Positions 50,060-59,705 of a stretch of DNA of 64,000 nucleotides are shown piece after piece. Below the pieces are notes generated by a model, which saw only the letters and a list, made by a program, of their open reading frames with translations, did not search any database and was not told the origin of the DNA. The position numbers and the translations under genes are program-made. Location of the stretch: contig CALVQK010000007.1 of NCBI GenBank assembly GCA_944358305.1, forward strand, positions 8,165-72,164. Reading direction: 5' to 3'. How positions within the stretch are numbered: the first letter of the stretch is position 1; the number at the start of each line of letters is the position of its first letter. The stretch comes from an uncultured Bacilli bacterium (GTDB lineage Bacteria > Bacillota_I > Bacilli_A > RF39 > UBA660).

Positions 50060-50749
50060 TTATTTAATATTATTTATAACTTCTTTATATTTAGAAAAAT
50101 AGCCATCTATTGGCAAAGAAGTAAACTCTAGTTTTTCTTTAGTAGTAGGATGTGTGAATGCTAATTTATAAGCGTATAAAGCGATAGGAAAGGTGCCTTT
50201 TTTACCATACTTATCATCCCCTAATAAAGGATGATTACGAGAAGCAAACTGAACTCTTATTTGGTGATGGCGTCCTGTTTCTAAATTTATTTTAAGAAGT
50301 GTAGTATTATCTTTACTAGCAAGAACTTTAAAAGTAAGACTAGCAAGTTTACCATTATCTTTAGTTCCTATAAAACTACGATATTCTTCTCTTTTTAAAT
50401 AATCAAGATACTTGCCATCATCTTTAATAATACCATTACAAACAGCTAAATAGCTTTTAGAAAACTCTTTATTTCTAATTTGTTCTGATAGTCTACTAGC
50501 AGCTTTAGAAGTTTTAGCAAAGACCATTACTCCTCCTACATTTTTATCAAGGCGATGAACTAGTCCTAAATAGACATTACCAGGTTTATGATATTTTTCT
50601 TTTAAATATTGTTTCAAAATAGTTAACATGTCAGGAGTATTAGTACCATCACTTTGGCTTAATATTCCTACTTTTTTCTCTACTACTAATAAATGATTAT
50701 CTTCATATAAAATATTAATCATAACTTTCCCATCTTCCATAAATACCAC
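50060..50749 (-). CDS. RluA family pseudouridine synthase
   Basis: HRLDKNVGG, TGRHHQIRV and GDDKYG motifs. Confidence 0.92.
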   Translation of the reverse strand: MVFMEDGKVMINILYEDNHLLVVEKKVGILSQSDGTNTPDMLTILKQYLKEKYHKPGNVYLGLVHRLDKNVGGVMVFAKTSKAASRLSEQIRNKEFSKSYLAVCNGIIKDDGKYLDYLKREEYRSFIGTKDNGKLASLTFKVLASKDNTTLLKINLETGRHHQIRVQFASRNHPLLGDDKYGKKGTFPIALYAYKLAFTHPTTKEKLEFTSLPIDGYFSKYKEVINNIK

Positions 50750-51587
50750 AAGGTAATACTAAGTTATTATCTTTTATTTTAAGCCCTATTTCATCACTAG
50801 AGACAATACCTTTATATTTTTTATTTACTGTTGTTAGTAAAAGATTTTCTAAAGATGTTTTAGACAAGCCTGTTGTATAAGAATTTATAATAAAAAATAA
50901 AGGTTTATCACTTAAAATAGACAAGCAAAGATTAACAAGATTAGCAAGATCTTTTTCTATATCCCATACTTCTCCATTAGCACCTCTCCCATAACTTGGT
51001 GGGTCCATAACTATAGCATCATAAGTATTACCTCTTCTTATTTCTCTTTTAACAAACTTAAGAACATCATCTACTAAATATCTAATAGGTTTATCTTTAA
51101 GATTAGAAGATATGGCATTTTCTTTACAAACTTCTACCATTCCACGTGAGGCATCTACATGAGTAACATGAGCTCCTTTACTAAGACAAGCGATGGAAGC
51201 ACAACCTGTATAGCCAAAAAGATTTAATACTTTTATAGGCCTTTTAGCTTTTTCTATTTTATTCATCATGTAATCCCAATTAACGGCTTGTTCTGGGAAT
51301 ATTCCAGTATGTTTAAAGCCCATTTGTTTAATATTAAAAGTTAAGTTTTGATAATTAATAGTCCAAGTGCTAGGAATCTTTTTTAAGTTTTCCCAGTGTC
51401 CTCCTCCTTTATTAGAACGATAATATACAGCATCTATTTTACCTTTATATTTTTCTAGTAAATTGCCATTATCCCATATTATAGTTGGATCTGGTCTTAA
51501 TAGTATATATTTACCAAAACGTTCTAATTTTTCACCATTAGAGGCATCTATAAGTTCATAATCTTTAAAATTATTAGGTGTTATCAT
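50715..51587 (-). CDS. Class I SAM-dependent RNA methyltransferase (RlmI/K-like)
   Basis: KHTGIFPEQ, LNLFGYTG and MDPPSYG motifs. Confidence 0.88.
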   Translation of the reverse strand: MITPNNFKDYELIDASNGEKLERFGKYILLRPDPTIIWDNGNLLEKYKGKIDAVYYRSNKGGGHWENLKKIPSTWTINYQNLTFNIKQMGFKHTGIFPEQAVNWDYMMNKIEKAKRPIKVLNLFGYTGCASIACLSKGAHVTHVDASRGMVEVCKENAISSNLKDKPIRYLVDDVLKFVKREIRRGNTYDAIVMDPPSYGRGANGEVWDIEKDLANLVNLCLSILSDKPLFFIINSYTTGLSKTSLENLLLTTVNKKYKGIVSSDEIGLKIKDNNLVLPCGIYGRWESYD

Positions 51588-51607
51588 TTTATCACTTCCT
51601 TACTTAA

Positions 51608-52138
51608 CTACTTTAAATTATACTCCTTTACTTCACAATTGTTCAACCCAAGAGTTAAAAAATGTCCATCTTTAGGAATGCCATTAAAGTAAGCATAGAA
51701 AGCTTTAGAAACACCACTATGACCTACAACTAGAACGCTATTATAATCTTTTGTTTTTAAATCATCTAAAAAATTATATATTTTATTAAAGAAAGACTTT
51801 ATATCTTCAGAAGTACCATATTTAATAGTTGAATAATAATTCCAATACTCTTCACGATTAGTTACTTCTAGAGGTTGTCCTGATAGGCTACCAGGATTTC
51901 TTTCTTCTAATCTTTTATCTATTATAATTTCTTTATTATTAACATTTATAAGCTCTGCAGTGTGTTTAGCTCTTAATAAGGGAGAAGAATAAATAATATC
52001 ATAATCAATATTTTTAATTTTTTCTCTTAGTTCAAGAGCTTCTTTTATACCAGTTTCATTTAAATCTTCATCTTCATTACTATATATTTTATATAAATTT
52101 TTATCTACTTGACCATGTCTTACTAAATATATTTTCAT
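51608..52138 (-). CDS. Histidine phosphatase family protein
   Basis: LVRHGQ, SSPLLRA and VGHSG motifs. Confidence 0.9.
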   Translation of the reverse strand: MKIYLVRHGQVDKNLYKIYSNEDEDLNETGIKEALELREKIKNIDYDIIYSSPLLRAKHTAELINVNNKEIIIDKRLEERNPGSLSGQPLEVTNREEYWNYYSTIKYGTSEDIKSFFNKIYNFLDDLKTKDYNSVLVVGHSGVSKAFYAYFNGIPKDGHFLTLGLNNCEVKEYNLK

Positions 52139-52165
52139 TAGAACCTCCTTAAACTATATAATACA

Positions 52166-52657
52166 TTAACAATAATCTTTAATACAGCAAGAATTATAGT
52201 GATAATACTTTATAAAATAATATTTTACTAAAGATATACCTAAATAGTAAAGATTTATTATATTGTCTATAGTATCATTAATTTTTTTAGCAATAGATAA
52301 AAAATCATATTCTTGAAAAAGATGTAAATCTATTATTCTTTTTAAATTATTAGGTAAAGTATTAAAAGCTTTATTAACGCAAAAAACTTGTTCTTTTCTT
52401 ATTATTATTTTAAAGGGATCTATATAATCTCTTCCAAAGTAATAAAACTCTAAATTATTTAAAGATGGCGTTATATCACTTTTAAACATTAATTCTTTGG
52501 CAATTACAAGTCCAGTATATTTAGATAAGTTTTTGTTATACTTAATTGTATCTAATACTACAGTATTTTTAAAATAATCACTTTTTGTAGTAGATTCTAA
52601 ATTTAAAAGAATTGTTTTAATATAACTATAAATATTTAAATTTTCTAAATCATTCAT
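52166..52657 (-). CDS. Sigma-70 region 4-like HTH protein
   Basis: C-terminal NKAFNTLP..KRIIDLHL..FLSIAKKI..I..LYYLGISLVK pattern. Confidence 0.5.
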   Translation of the reverse strand: MNDLENLNIYSYIKTILLNLESTTKSDYFKNTVVLDTIKYNKNLSKYTGLVIAKELMFKSDITPSLNNLEFYYFGRDYIDPFKIIIRKEQVFCVNKAFNTLPNNLKRIIDLHLFQEYDFLSIAKKINDTIDNIINLYYLGISLVKYYFIKYYHYNSCCIKDYC

Positions 52658-52727
52658 TATTTTTTCTCTTTCTATTCTTATTATTAAATATTTTTTAACA
52701 GAGTTAAAGCAATTGCTTAATTATTTT

Positions 52728-53534
52728 TCATAAATATTCATTAGAAATTGTTTCTAAGTATGTTACATCATCATATTTATTCGCAAATAATGATAAAGCT
52801 TGATCTTCTTTTTTGAGCTTTTTTAATAAATTTATTAAATGGCCCCTTAAATGAAGATTATAATATTTCATAATCTCGGGGATAGTCCTACTACAATTTT
52901 TATGAAAAATCTCTAGTTGTTTTAATAGTAACTCTTGGTATATGTCAAAGAATAAATCTTTGTTTAAATCAAATAAAGTTAGATATTTAAAAATTAATTT
53001 TGTCATATAGTTTTTTCTTTTTTCAAGGAAAAAGTCATAATAGTCTTTATACCCAATATTTATAAAACAGATTATAAACAAATCATCTACTTCACCCATA
53101 TCTTTATTCTTTAAAAGTTGACAAATCTTTTTTAATTGTTTGGTAGAAATAGCTAATTTACCTTTTTTATCTTTCTTATCAGATAAAAACCATAATATTT
53201 TAATCGCTTGAACTTTAGTAAAGTTAAAAGACTCTATTTTTCTTAGAGCATTATAGTTTAGATTTAATTCTTTAGAAATATAAGTTAAGTTTAATTTTTT
53301 GTTATTATTTAAATAGAAAAAGACCTTTTTTATTCTTTTTATTTCTTTTAACTTTAGTTGTTTTATTATAACTGTATCTATTATTTCATTTAAATTTTTA
53401 TTAGATTCATTATCTTTTTTATTGTGATAGCGAATACACCTTGCAACATTTTGATACTCTAATTCATTTGCTTTACAATAGGTATAAACTGTTTCATTTT
53501 TATAAAAATACTTCTTACCGCTTATTTTTATCAC
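52728..53534 (-). CDS. Hypothetical basic protein with sigma region 2/3-like C-terminus
   Basis: DIYQELLL..KYYNLHLRGHLINLLKK..LSL..DDVTYLETI. Confidence 0.45.
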   Translation of the reverse strand: MIKISGKKYFYKNETVYTYCKANELEYQNVARCIRYHNKKDNESNKNLNEIIDTVIIKQLKLKEIKRIKKVFFYLNNNKKLNLTYISKELNLNYNALRKIESFNFTKVQAIKILWFLSDKKDKKGKLAISTKQLKKICQLLKNKDMGEVDDLFIICFINIGYKDYYDFFLEKRKNYMTKLIFKYLTLFDLNKDLFFDIYQELLLKQLEIFHKNCSRTIPEIMKYYNLHLRGHLINLLKKLKKEDQALSLFANKYDDVTYLETISNEYL

Positions 53535-53696
53535 TACCTTTTTTTAATATTATCATAAATAGATATTTAGAAAAAGCTTAAAGGTAGAAACAATTGGTTA
53601 CTTGACATAATGTTACAAATAGTTAATTTCTTTATTTATTTTAAAAGAAAAAATCAACTTTTTATAAGTTGATAATATATTTAGAAATATAAAAAA

Positions 53697-53783
53697 TGGT
53701 GCCTGTATCCGGACTCGAACCGGAACTCTATTGCTAGAAGTAGATTTTGAGTCTACCGCGTCTACCAATTCCGCCATACAGGC
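53697..53783 (-). tRNA. tRNA-Leu (CAA)
   Basis: GCCTGTATGGCGGAATTGGTAGACGCG-GTAGA-CTCAAAA-TCTAC..GGTTCGAGTCC..ACAGGCACCA; long variable arm, encoded CCA. Confidence 0.97.
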
Positions 53784-53860
53784 ATATTTAGATTATAACA
53801 TATTTTTATTAAATTTAGTAAAAAAATATGATAAAATTAAAAATACAAGGAGTGATTATT

Positions 53861-54325
53861 ATGCTTATAAGAGATAAGAAGGATCTTGATCCACATACAC
53901 CTGGTCTTGTTATTAAGCCTGATGGTAGTATTATAACAATGGAAGATGAGAACCATGCTACTTTTTTTCAAAATATAATAGGACCAGAATTTCGAAAAAT
54001 GGGTCTTAATGCAAGAAGTTTAATTGGTCAAGATAATTTAGCCATTTTAATGAAAATATTATTAGAACAATTAAATATTTTACCTTATCAAGGCTGTGAG
54101 TCAGGAACAAGACAATATAGTGGTGGTTCTTTATATATTAATGATTTAGATAAATTATCTATTAATCAGTTAATAAGTATAATCGATGTATACACTGTTA
54201 TTAATGATAGTTATGATATGGTTATCGTGGAAGTTGCTGAAAACGATAAAAGCGATAGATTTGTTAATATAACTGAGATTGCTAAAAAGTTAGAAGAAAA
54301 AAGTAAAGGATCTATAAGAAAATAA
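53861..54325 (+). CDS. Hypothetical protein
   Basis: ORF with AGGAG RBS; no family recognised. Confidence 0.6.
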   Translation: MLIRDKKDLDPHTPGLVIKPDGSIITMEDENHATFFQNIIGPEFRKMGLNARSLIGQDNLAILMKILLEQLNILPYQGCESGTRQYSGGSLYINDLDKLSINQLISIIDVYTVINDSYDMVIVEVAENDKSDRFVNITEIAKKLEEKSKGSIRK

Positions 54326-54333
54326 TAGGTCCT

Positions 54334-54909
54334 TTATTTTGTTTCTTTATATTTTGATTGATATAGATCAACATCTTCTTCTTTCTCTACTTCTTCTTGT
54401 AGAAATTCTCGCATATCAGGTAAATCATCTATAGAAGATAAGCCAAAATAATCTAAAAATTCACTAGTAGTCTCATAAAGAATCGGTCTACCAGGTAAAT
54501 TACTGCGACCACTTTCTTTAATAAGACCTTTTGCTACTAATTTTCTTATAATATGGCTGTTTGATATACCTCTTAATTCATCTATTTTAATTCTTGTAAT
54601 AGGTTCATTATAAGCGATAATAGCAAGTGTTTCTAATGCTGCTTGGCTAAGTGTAGTATTATCTTCATTAGTTAATAATTTTTGATAATACATATTATGT
54701 TCTTTTTTAGTAGTTAATTTTAATTTATCACCAAGAAAACCTATTCTAATACCTCTAGCATTACTTTGATAATCGTTTTGTAATTCTTTAATTAATTCTT
54801 TAGTTTCTTCTTTAGATATTTCTAATATTTTACTTATCTCATCTAAATCTAGGCCATCTTCTCCTACTACAAAAAGTAAGCCTTCAATTACTGCTTTTAA
54901 ATTCATCAA
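54334..54909 (-). CDS. scpB: SMC-Scp complex subunit ScpB
   Basis: LSQAALETLAIIAY.EPITR and GRPILYETT..FLDYFGL motifs. Confidence 0.95.
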   Translation of the reverse strand: MMNLKAVIEGLLFVVGEDGLDLDEISKILEISKEETKELIKELQNDYQSNARGIRIGFLGDKLKLTTKKEHNMYYQKLLTNEDNTTLSQAALETLAIIAYNEPITRIKIDELRGISNSHIIRKLVAKGLIKESGRSNLPGRPILYETTSEFLDYFGLSSIDDLPDMREFLQEEVEKEEDVDLYQSKYKETK

Positions 54910-55619
54910 GACATCACCTCACAAATTATGTCACTAAATAAGTCTTCTTGTTTAATTAATAATTCTTTATTTCTTGCCATATCAAGAATAGCTAGAAAGG
55001 TTGCAACTATATATTCTCTTGTTGTAATTGGAAAAAGTTTAAAGAAACTTACTTTCTTTTCTTTTTTTAAAATATTTCTTATCTCTAATTTTCTACTTGA
55101 TACAGTTATTTCTTTCATAGTTACTTTAGTAGATAAAGGCTTTTCTTCATTTTTTCTTTCAAGAAATTTCTTAAAAGCATCTACTAGTAAATCAAGAGAG
55201 CCTTCTCCTTTTATAACTGTATTCTCTTCAAGATAGTTATTTATATTCTCAGGTAACTTAGTATGAACTTTTTGACGTTTACTTTCGTTTTCTTTTAGAG
55301 TTTTTGTTATTTCTTTATAAGCTTGATATTCTAATAGCCTTGACACTAATTCTTCACGAGGATCTCCTTCTTCCTCTTCTTCACTTTCTATTTTAGGTTT
55401 AGGAAGAAGCATTCTTGCTTTTATTAATGTAAGTTCACTAGCCATCACTAAATATGATGATGCTATATCTAGGTTTTGTTCTTTCATTTTATGAATATAA
55501 TCTAAATATTGTTTAGTAATACTTTCTATTTCAATATCAAAAATATCCATTTTATTTTCTTTTATCAAGTGAAGGAGCAAATCAAGTGGTCCTTCAAATA
55601 CGTCTAATTTTAAATCCAT
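54906..55619 (-). CDS. scpA: Segregation/condensation protein ScpA
   Basis: FEGPLDLLLHLI and DPREELVSRLLEY motifs. Confidence 0.95.
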   Translation of the reverse strand: MDLKLDVFEGPLDLLLHLIKENKMDIFDIEIESITKQYLDYIHKMKEQNLDIASSYLVMASELTLIKARMLLPKPKIESEEEEEGDPREELVSRLLEYQAYKEITKTLKENESKRQKVHTKLPENINNYLEENTVIKGEGSLDLLVDAFKKFLERKNEEKPLSTKVTMKEITVSSRKLEIRNILKKEKKVSFFKLFPITTREYIVATFLAILDMARNKELLIKQEDLFSDIICEVMS

Positions 55620-55969
55620 AATAAGCTCCTTACCTTTCTAGTTGTATTATAGCAAGGATAAAGACTTTTTTCAAATTATTTACATTAATTCAGGTGTCGA
55701 TATTTGATTATAAAGAAATATTTTTCTATAAAGTTTGAGATTTTCTTCTTAAAAAATGATAATCAGTTGTACGAAAAAATCGTATGACTGAAACTAAAAG
55801 TTGACGATATAATAAATAGTGATAAAAAAGAAATAGAAAGAAAATTAAAAAAGCCTACTGTTACTAGCGAAAACTATATAAAATTAACAGAAGATAATAA
55901 CTTAAAACTCCCTAATTGATAAAGATAAGAAATAATTATATAATATCATTATTAGATGGGAAGTTAATT

Positions 55970-57655
55970 ATGAAAATAAAAGAGAAATTAGAAAAAGTAA
56001 TTATTAATGAAGATACAATGAACAATATAGAAATTAGTTTAAAAAGAACTCTTGAAGGATTAAAGAGTTGTCCTAATTTTGATAAAGAAAAGGAACTAAT
56101 TATTGAATTTAATAAAGTTAGAGATCATTACTTAACTTTATATTGGGTTAGTTATATTGGCTATTTAAAGGATACTAAAGATGAAAAATATTTAGAAACA
56201 GAAAAGATTATGGGGAAATATGAACCTATTATCAATAACTTAATATACGATTATTATAAAGCTTTATCTTCATCTAAAAATAAAGAAAAATTAGAAAAGT
56301 TTGTTGGTAAGAAAACTCTTGATATAGCAGCTAATCAAGCAAAGTTAAAAAGTGATAAAACTGTTTCTTTACAAACTAGAGAAAAAGAATTATGTTCTAA
56401 GTATCAAAGATTAATTATTGGTACAAAGTTTAATTTCTTAGATAAAGAGATAAATCTTTCTTCGCTTAGTATCTACTATAATGGTGATGATAGAGACTTA
56501 AGAAAAAAAGCATATGATAAGAGATTTGAAATATTAGAAAGTTTAGAAAAAGAAATAGATGTAATTATAGATGAATTAATTAATGTTAGAAATTCTATGG
56601 CTAAAACTCTTGGTTTTAATTCTTATAGTGAAATGTCTTTTGTAAAAATGAATCGTTTAGGTTATAGTAAAGAAGATTTAGCTATCTTTAAAGATGAAAT
56701 AAAAAAATATGTTGTTCCCCTATTTAAATTATTAAAAGAACAACAAAAAGAAAGATTAGGATTAGAAAAGTTAGAATATTATGATAGTAATTACTTATTT
56801 AAAGATGGCAATGCTAAAATAAAAGGAAATTTAAATGATGTCTTAAATAACTTTAAATCAGTTTTGAAAGAACATGCTACTGTAAGTTATGATTTATTTT
56901 GTATGATGTTAGATGAAGGTCTAATAGATTTAGATAATAGAGAAAATAAATCAAATGGTGGTATTACTACTTACCTTCCCGATTATAAAGTGCCTTTATT
57001 TATAAAGAAGTATATGGGATTAGAAAGTAATATAACTAGTATTTTTCATGAATTTGGTCATTCTAATCAGCTATATTTAAGTAAAGATTTATTATTTCAT
57101 GAGAATAGGTGGCCTACTTTTGATATTTGTGAAATACATTCTACTAGTATGGAATATTTAATGTATCCTTTTATGGATTTATTCTTTGGTAGTGATGAAG
57201 TTAAATATAAAATTAAACATCTAACTAATAATATTTCTTTAATGATAAATATGGCTATCGCTGATGACTTTTGGAGTTTTGTTTATGATAATAATTTAGA
57301 TAGTAAAGAAAGAAAAAGAAAATGGCTAGATATAAGACGTCAATATAATTTAGATAGTTATGATAATGAATACTTCAAAAGAGGTGCTGAATATCAAGCA
57401 GATACTAATAGAATAGTTGATCCTTTCTATACAATAGATTATTCCCTTGACAATTTAATCGCTTTATCATTTTATAAAAAAGAAAAAGAAGATATTAAAG
57501 AAGCTTTTGATTTATATATAAATTTATGTAAAGATGGTGGCTCTTTATTGTTAAAAGAGATTATTGATAAATATAATTTAGATAACCCATTTGAAAAGGA
57601 TTCTTTAAAAAATATGTGTGAAATTATTAAAGAAGATATAAAAAAATTAAATTAA
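55970..57655 (+). CDS. M3 family oligoendopeptidase (PepF-like)
   Basis: HEFGH, EIHSTSME and PFYTIDY motifs; start uncertain. Confidence 0.85.
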   Translation: MKIKEKLEKVIINEDTMNNIEISLKRTLEGLKSCPNFDKEKELIIEFNKVRDHYLTLYWVSYIGYLKDTKDEKYLETEKIMGKYEPIINNLIYDYYKALSSSKNKEKLEKFVGKKTLDIAANQAKLKSDKTVSLQTREKELCSKYQRLIIGTKFNFLDKEINLSSLSIYYNGDDRDLRKKAYDKRFEILESLEKEIDVIIDELINVRNSMAKTLGFNSYSEMSFVKMNRLGYSKEDLAIFKDEIKKYVVPLFKLLKEQQKERLGLEKLEYYDSNYLFKDGNAKIKGNLNDVLNNFKSVLKEHATVSYDLFCMMLDEGLIDLDNRENKSNGGITTYLPDYKVPLFIKKYMGLESNITSIFHEFGHSNQLYLSKDLLFHENRWPTFDICEIHSTSMEYLMYPFMDLFFGSDEVKYKIKHLTNNISLMINMAIADDFWSFVYDNNLDSKERKRKWLDIRRQYNLDSYDNEYFKRGAEYQADTNRIVDPFYTIDYSLDNLIALSFYKKEKEDIKEAFDLYINLCKDGGSLLLKEIIDKYNLDNPFEKDSLKNMCEIIKEDIKKLN

Positions 57656-57668
57656 AAAGGAAGTAGTT

Positions 57669-57968
57669 ATGAAAAGATTTACAATGAAAGATGAAGAATT
57701 TATTTGTGAAAATTGTGGTAAGAAAGTATTACCTTTAAAGTATAGTGCAAGAGATCACTGTCCCTATTGTCTTTACTCAAAACATGTTGATATTATGCCT
57801 GGTGATAGACTAAATGAGTGTAAAGGTCTATTAAAGCCTATTGGTATTGAAAAGTTTAAAGATACTTATAAAATTATTTATAAGTGTGAAAAATGTAAAG
57901 AGATACATAAAAATATTATGGCTAATGATGATGATATGGATATGATAATTGAGATAAGTAAAATGTAA
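57669..57968 (+). CDS. RNHCP domain zinc-binding protein
   Basis: FICENCG, RDHCPYCLYSKHVD..PGDR..C motifs. Confidence 0.88.
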   Translation: MKRFTMKDEEFICENCGKKVLPLKYSARDHCPYCLYSKHVDIMPGDRLNECKGLLKPIGIEKFKDTYKIIYKCEKCKEIHKNIMANDDDMDMIIEISKM

Positions 57969-58058
57969 TGGAGTGTTAGTTATGACGCTAATCTTTTAAT
58001 TAAATATGCTAAAGAAAATAGAATTTTGACAAAAATTAATATTTATGATACTATGAAT

Positions 58059-58170
58059 ATGTAAAAGAAATTTACATATTATAAAAAAGGGAATACCTAG
58101 CTTGCTCTGTTAGGTACCATCCCTAAAAAATTTTTGGTTAGGTACCTACTAAGGAGTAGGTACTATTTTT
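58059..58170 (+). ncRNA. Putative antisense antitoxin sRNA (module 2)
   Basis: TTGACA-17-TACTAT (58026-58054), same 5' hairpin as module 1, terminator GTACCTACT-AAGG-AGTAGGTAC followed by T-run. Confidence 0.55.
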
Positions 58171-58250
58171 ATTAACATAAATAATAAAACTATTATTACG
58201 AAAATAAGTGAAAATATGATATAACATAGAAACTTTTCTGTTTTTCTCAT
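58149..58250 (-). CDS. Small hydrophobic peptide, putative type I toxin (MRKTEKFLCYIIFSLIFVIIVLLFMLIKIVPTP)
   Basis: Manual translation; AAAGGGGAG RBS; TTGATT-17-TACTAT promoter at 58330-58358. Confidence 0.65.
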   Translation of the reverse strand: MRKTEKFLCYIIFSLIFVIIVLLFMLIKIVPTP

Positions 58251-58394
58251 ATTATCAGCTCCCCTTTCACATTATTTATTAGATAAGTTTAGGGGGATAG
58301 TACCTAACTAGCTAAGTATTCCTACAACAATAGTATCACAGATAATTCGCTAAATCAATCGAACATGATACATTTTTTATAAAAAATATGTTCG

Positions 58395-58610
58395 TTAAAT
58401 TCTCTTAAAAATTGATAATACTTTCTTTTTAACATTTTCTTTTAGTTGTTCTTTTTCAATATCTTTTATAATTTTATTTTCTCTTTCTAAAAATTCATTT
58501 CTAGCTTCTTCAGCAGTAATCCCTGCCCTTATAAAAGTACCATCTTCAAGCATTACTTTCTTACATTTTGGTACATTTATAAACATTGAATGTTCTCCAT
58601 TGTCAATCAT
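58395..58610 (-). CDS. Small hypothetical protein, possibly 5'-frameshifted
   Basis: 71-aa ORF; an ATG at 58642 is one base out of frame across an A-run. Confidence 0.45.
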   Translation of the reverse strand: MIDNGEHSMFINVPKCKKVMLEDGTFIRAGITAEEARNEFLERENKIIKDIEKEQLKENVKKKVLSIFKRI

Positions 58611-58720
58611 TACTCTAACATTTTTATTTTAGATTTTTTCATAATGTGATTATTCTTTTGTTTCTATATTAATTTTTTAAACAATTAAACTCTTCTTACA
58701 TAGATTATATTGGTGATATA

Positions 58721-59653
58721 ATGAATAAAATTGATTATGAGTTTTATAGTTTAATTAAGAAGTTAGAGTTAATGAGTAAAGAAGAAGTATATTTAAATAT
58801 TAAGAATAGATATCTAAGTCTTAATGAAGAGTTAAGAAATAATATTGAGATTTTTCTTAATAGTTTTAACTACTGGGGTAAGTTAGATTATATTAATAAT
58901 GACTATGAAGAAATTGAAATGGTAGTTAATCTTTTAAAAAACAACTTAACTGATTTAGTAGTACTTTATCAGAATCTAAAAGATTATAAATCTAAAAAGA
59001 TATTACTAGCAATACTTAGAAATTATTATTACTATGATTTTACGATGTTACATGAAGTTATTGATACTTGTTATAAACATTACTTTGATCCTGATTTAGT
59101 TAAAACTACTAAAGATACAGTTTATGTAGATGTTGGTAGTTATATAGGAGATAGTGTTGATGACTTTTTAGATACTTATTTAGAAGAATATAAGAAGATT
59201 TATTGTTATGAAGTTACAGATTCTTCAGTCTCTACTTTAAAAGAGAAGTTTATCTTTAATGAAGATATTATTATAAGAGATAAAGCCTTATATAGTAAAC
59301 CTACTACTTTAAGTCTTAATACTAGTAGTGTTGATAATTCTGCTAATACTATTAGTGATGATAAAGGTGATATTGAAGCAGTTACTTTAGATGAGGATAT
59401 AAAAGAGAAAGTAGATATTATTAAAATGGATATTGAAGGTGCAGAGTTTAAAGCTTTAGAGGGAGCTAAAAAGCATATTAAGAATGATAGCCCTACTCTA
59501 TTAATATCTATTTATCATAGTTTTGATGATTTAATTAGGATACCTAAATTAATTAAGAGTATCAATAAGAATTATAACTTTTATTTAAGGTATTATGGTG
59601 GTAATATCTTCCCTACGGAAATTGTTTTAATATGTAAGAAGAAAGCTAGCTAA
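58721..59653 (+). CDS. FkbM family methyltransferase
   Basis: YVDVGSYIGD, IKMDIEGAE and ISIYH motifs. Confidence 0.9.
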   Translation: MNKIDYEFYSLIKKLELMSKEEVYLNIKNRYLSLNEELRNNIEIFLNSFNYWGKLDYINNDYEEIEMVVNLLKNNLTDLVVLYQNLKDYKSKKILLAILRNYYYYDFTMLHEVIDTCYKHYFDPDLVKTTKDTVYVDVGSYIGDSVDDFLDTYLEEYKKIYCYEVTDSSVSTLKEKFIFNEDIIIRDKALYSKPTTLSLNTSSVDNSANTISDDKGDIEAVTLDEDIKEKVDIIKMDIEGAEFKALEGAKKHIKNDSPTLLISIYHSFDDLIRIPKLIKSINKNYNFYLRYYGGNIFPTEIVLICKKKAS

Positions 59654-59705
59654 TTATTTTTCCCTCTTTTAGTTTGTATGTATATATTATTATGGTAAAA
59701 TAAAT

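Noticed and set aside
447-55236. Short antisense or overlapping ORFs in the track (e.g. 866-1081, 3523-3894, 24511-24936, 34574-35116, 43806-44162, 54928-55236)
   Set aside because: Shadow frames of well-supported genes, with no RBS or motif support.
55620-55969. Hairpin CAGTTGTACGA..TCGTATGACTG and possible RNA or fourth switch upstream of the M3 peptidase
   Set aside because: No recognisable riboswitch motif and no matching AAAGT-N5-ACT site pair; may be a decayed ORF fragment.
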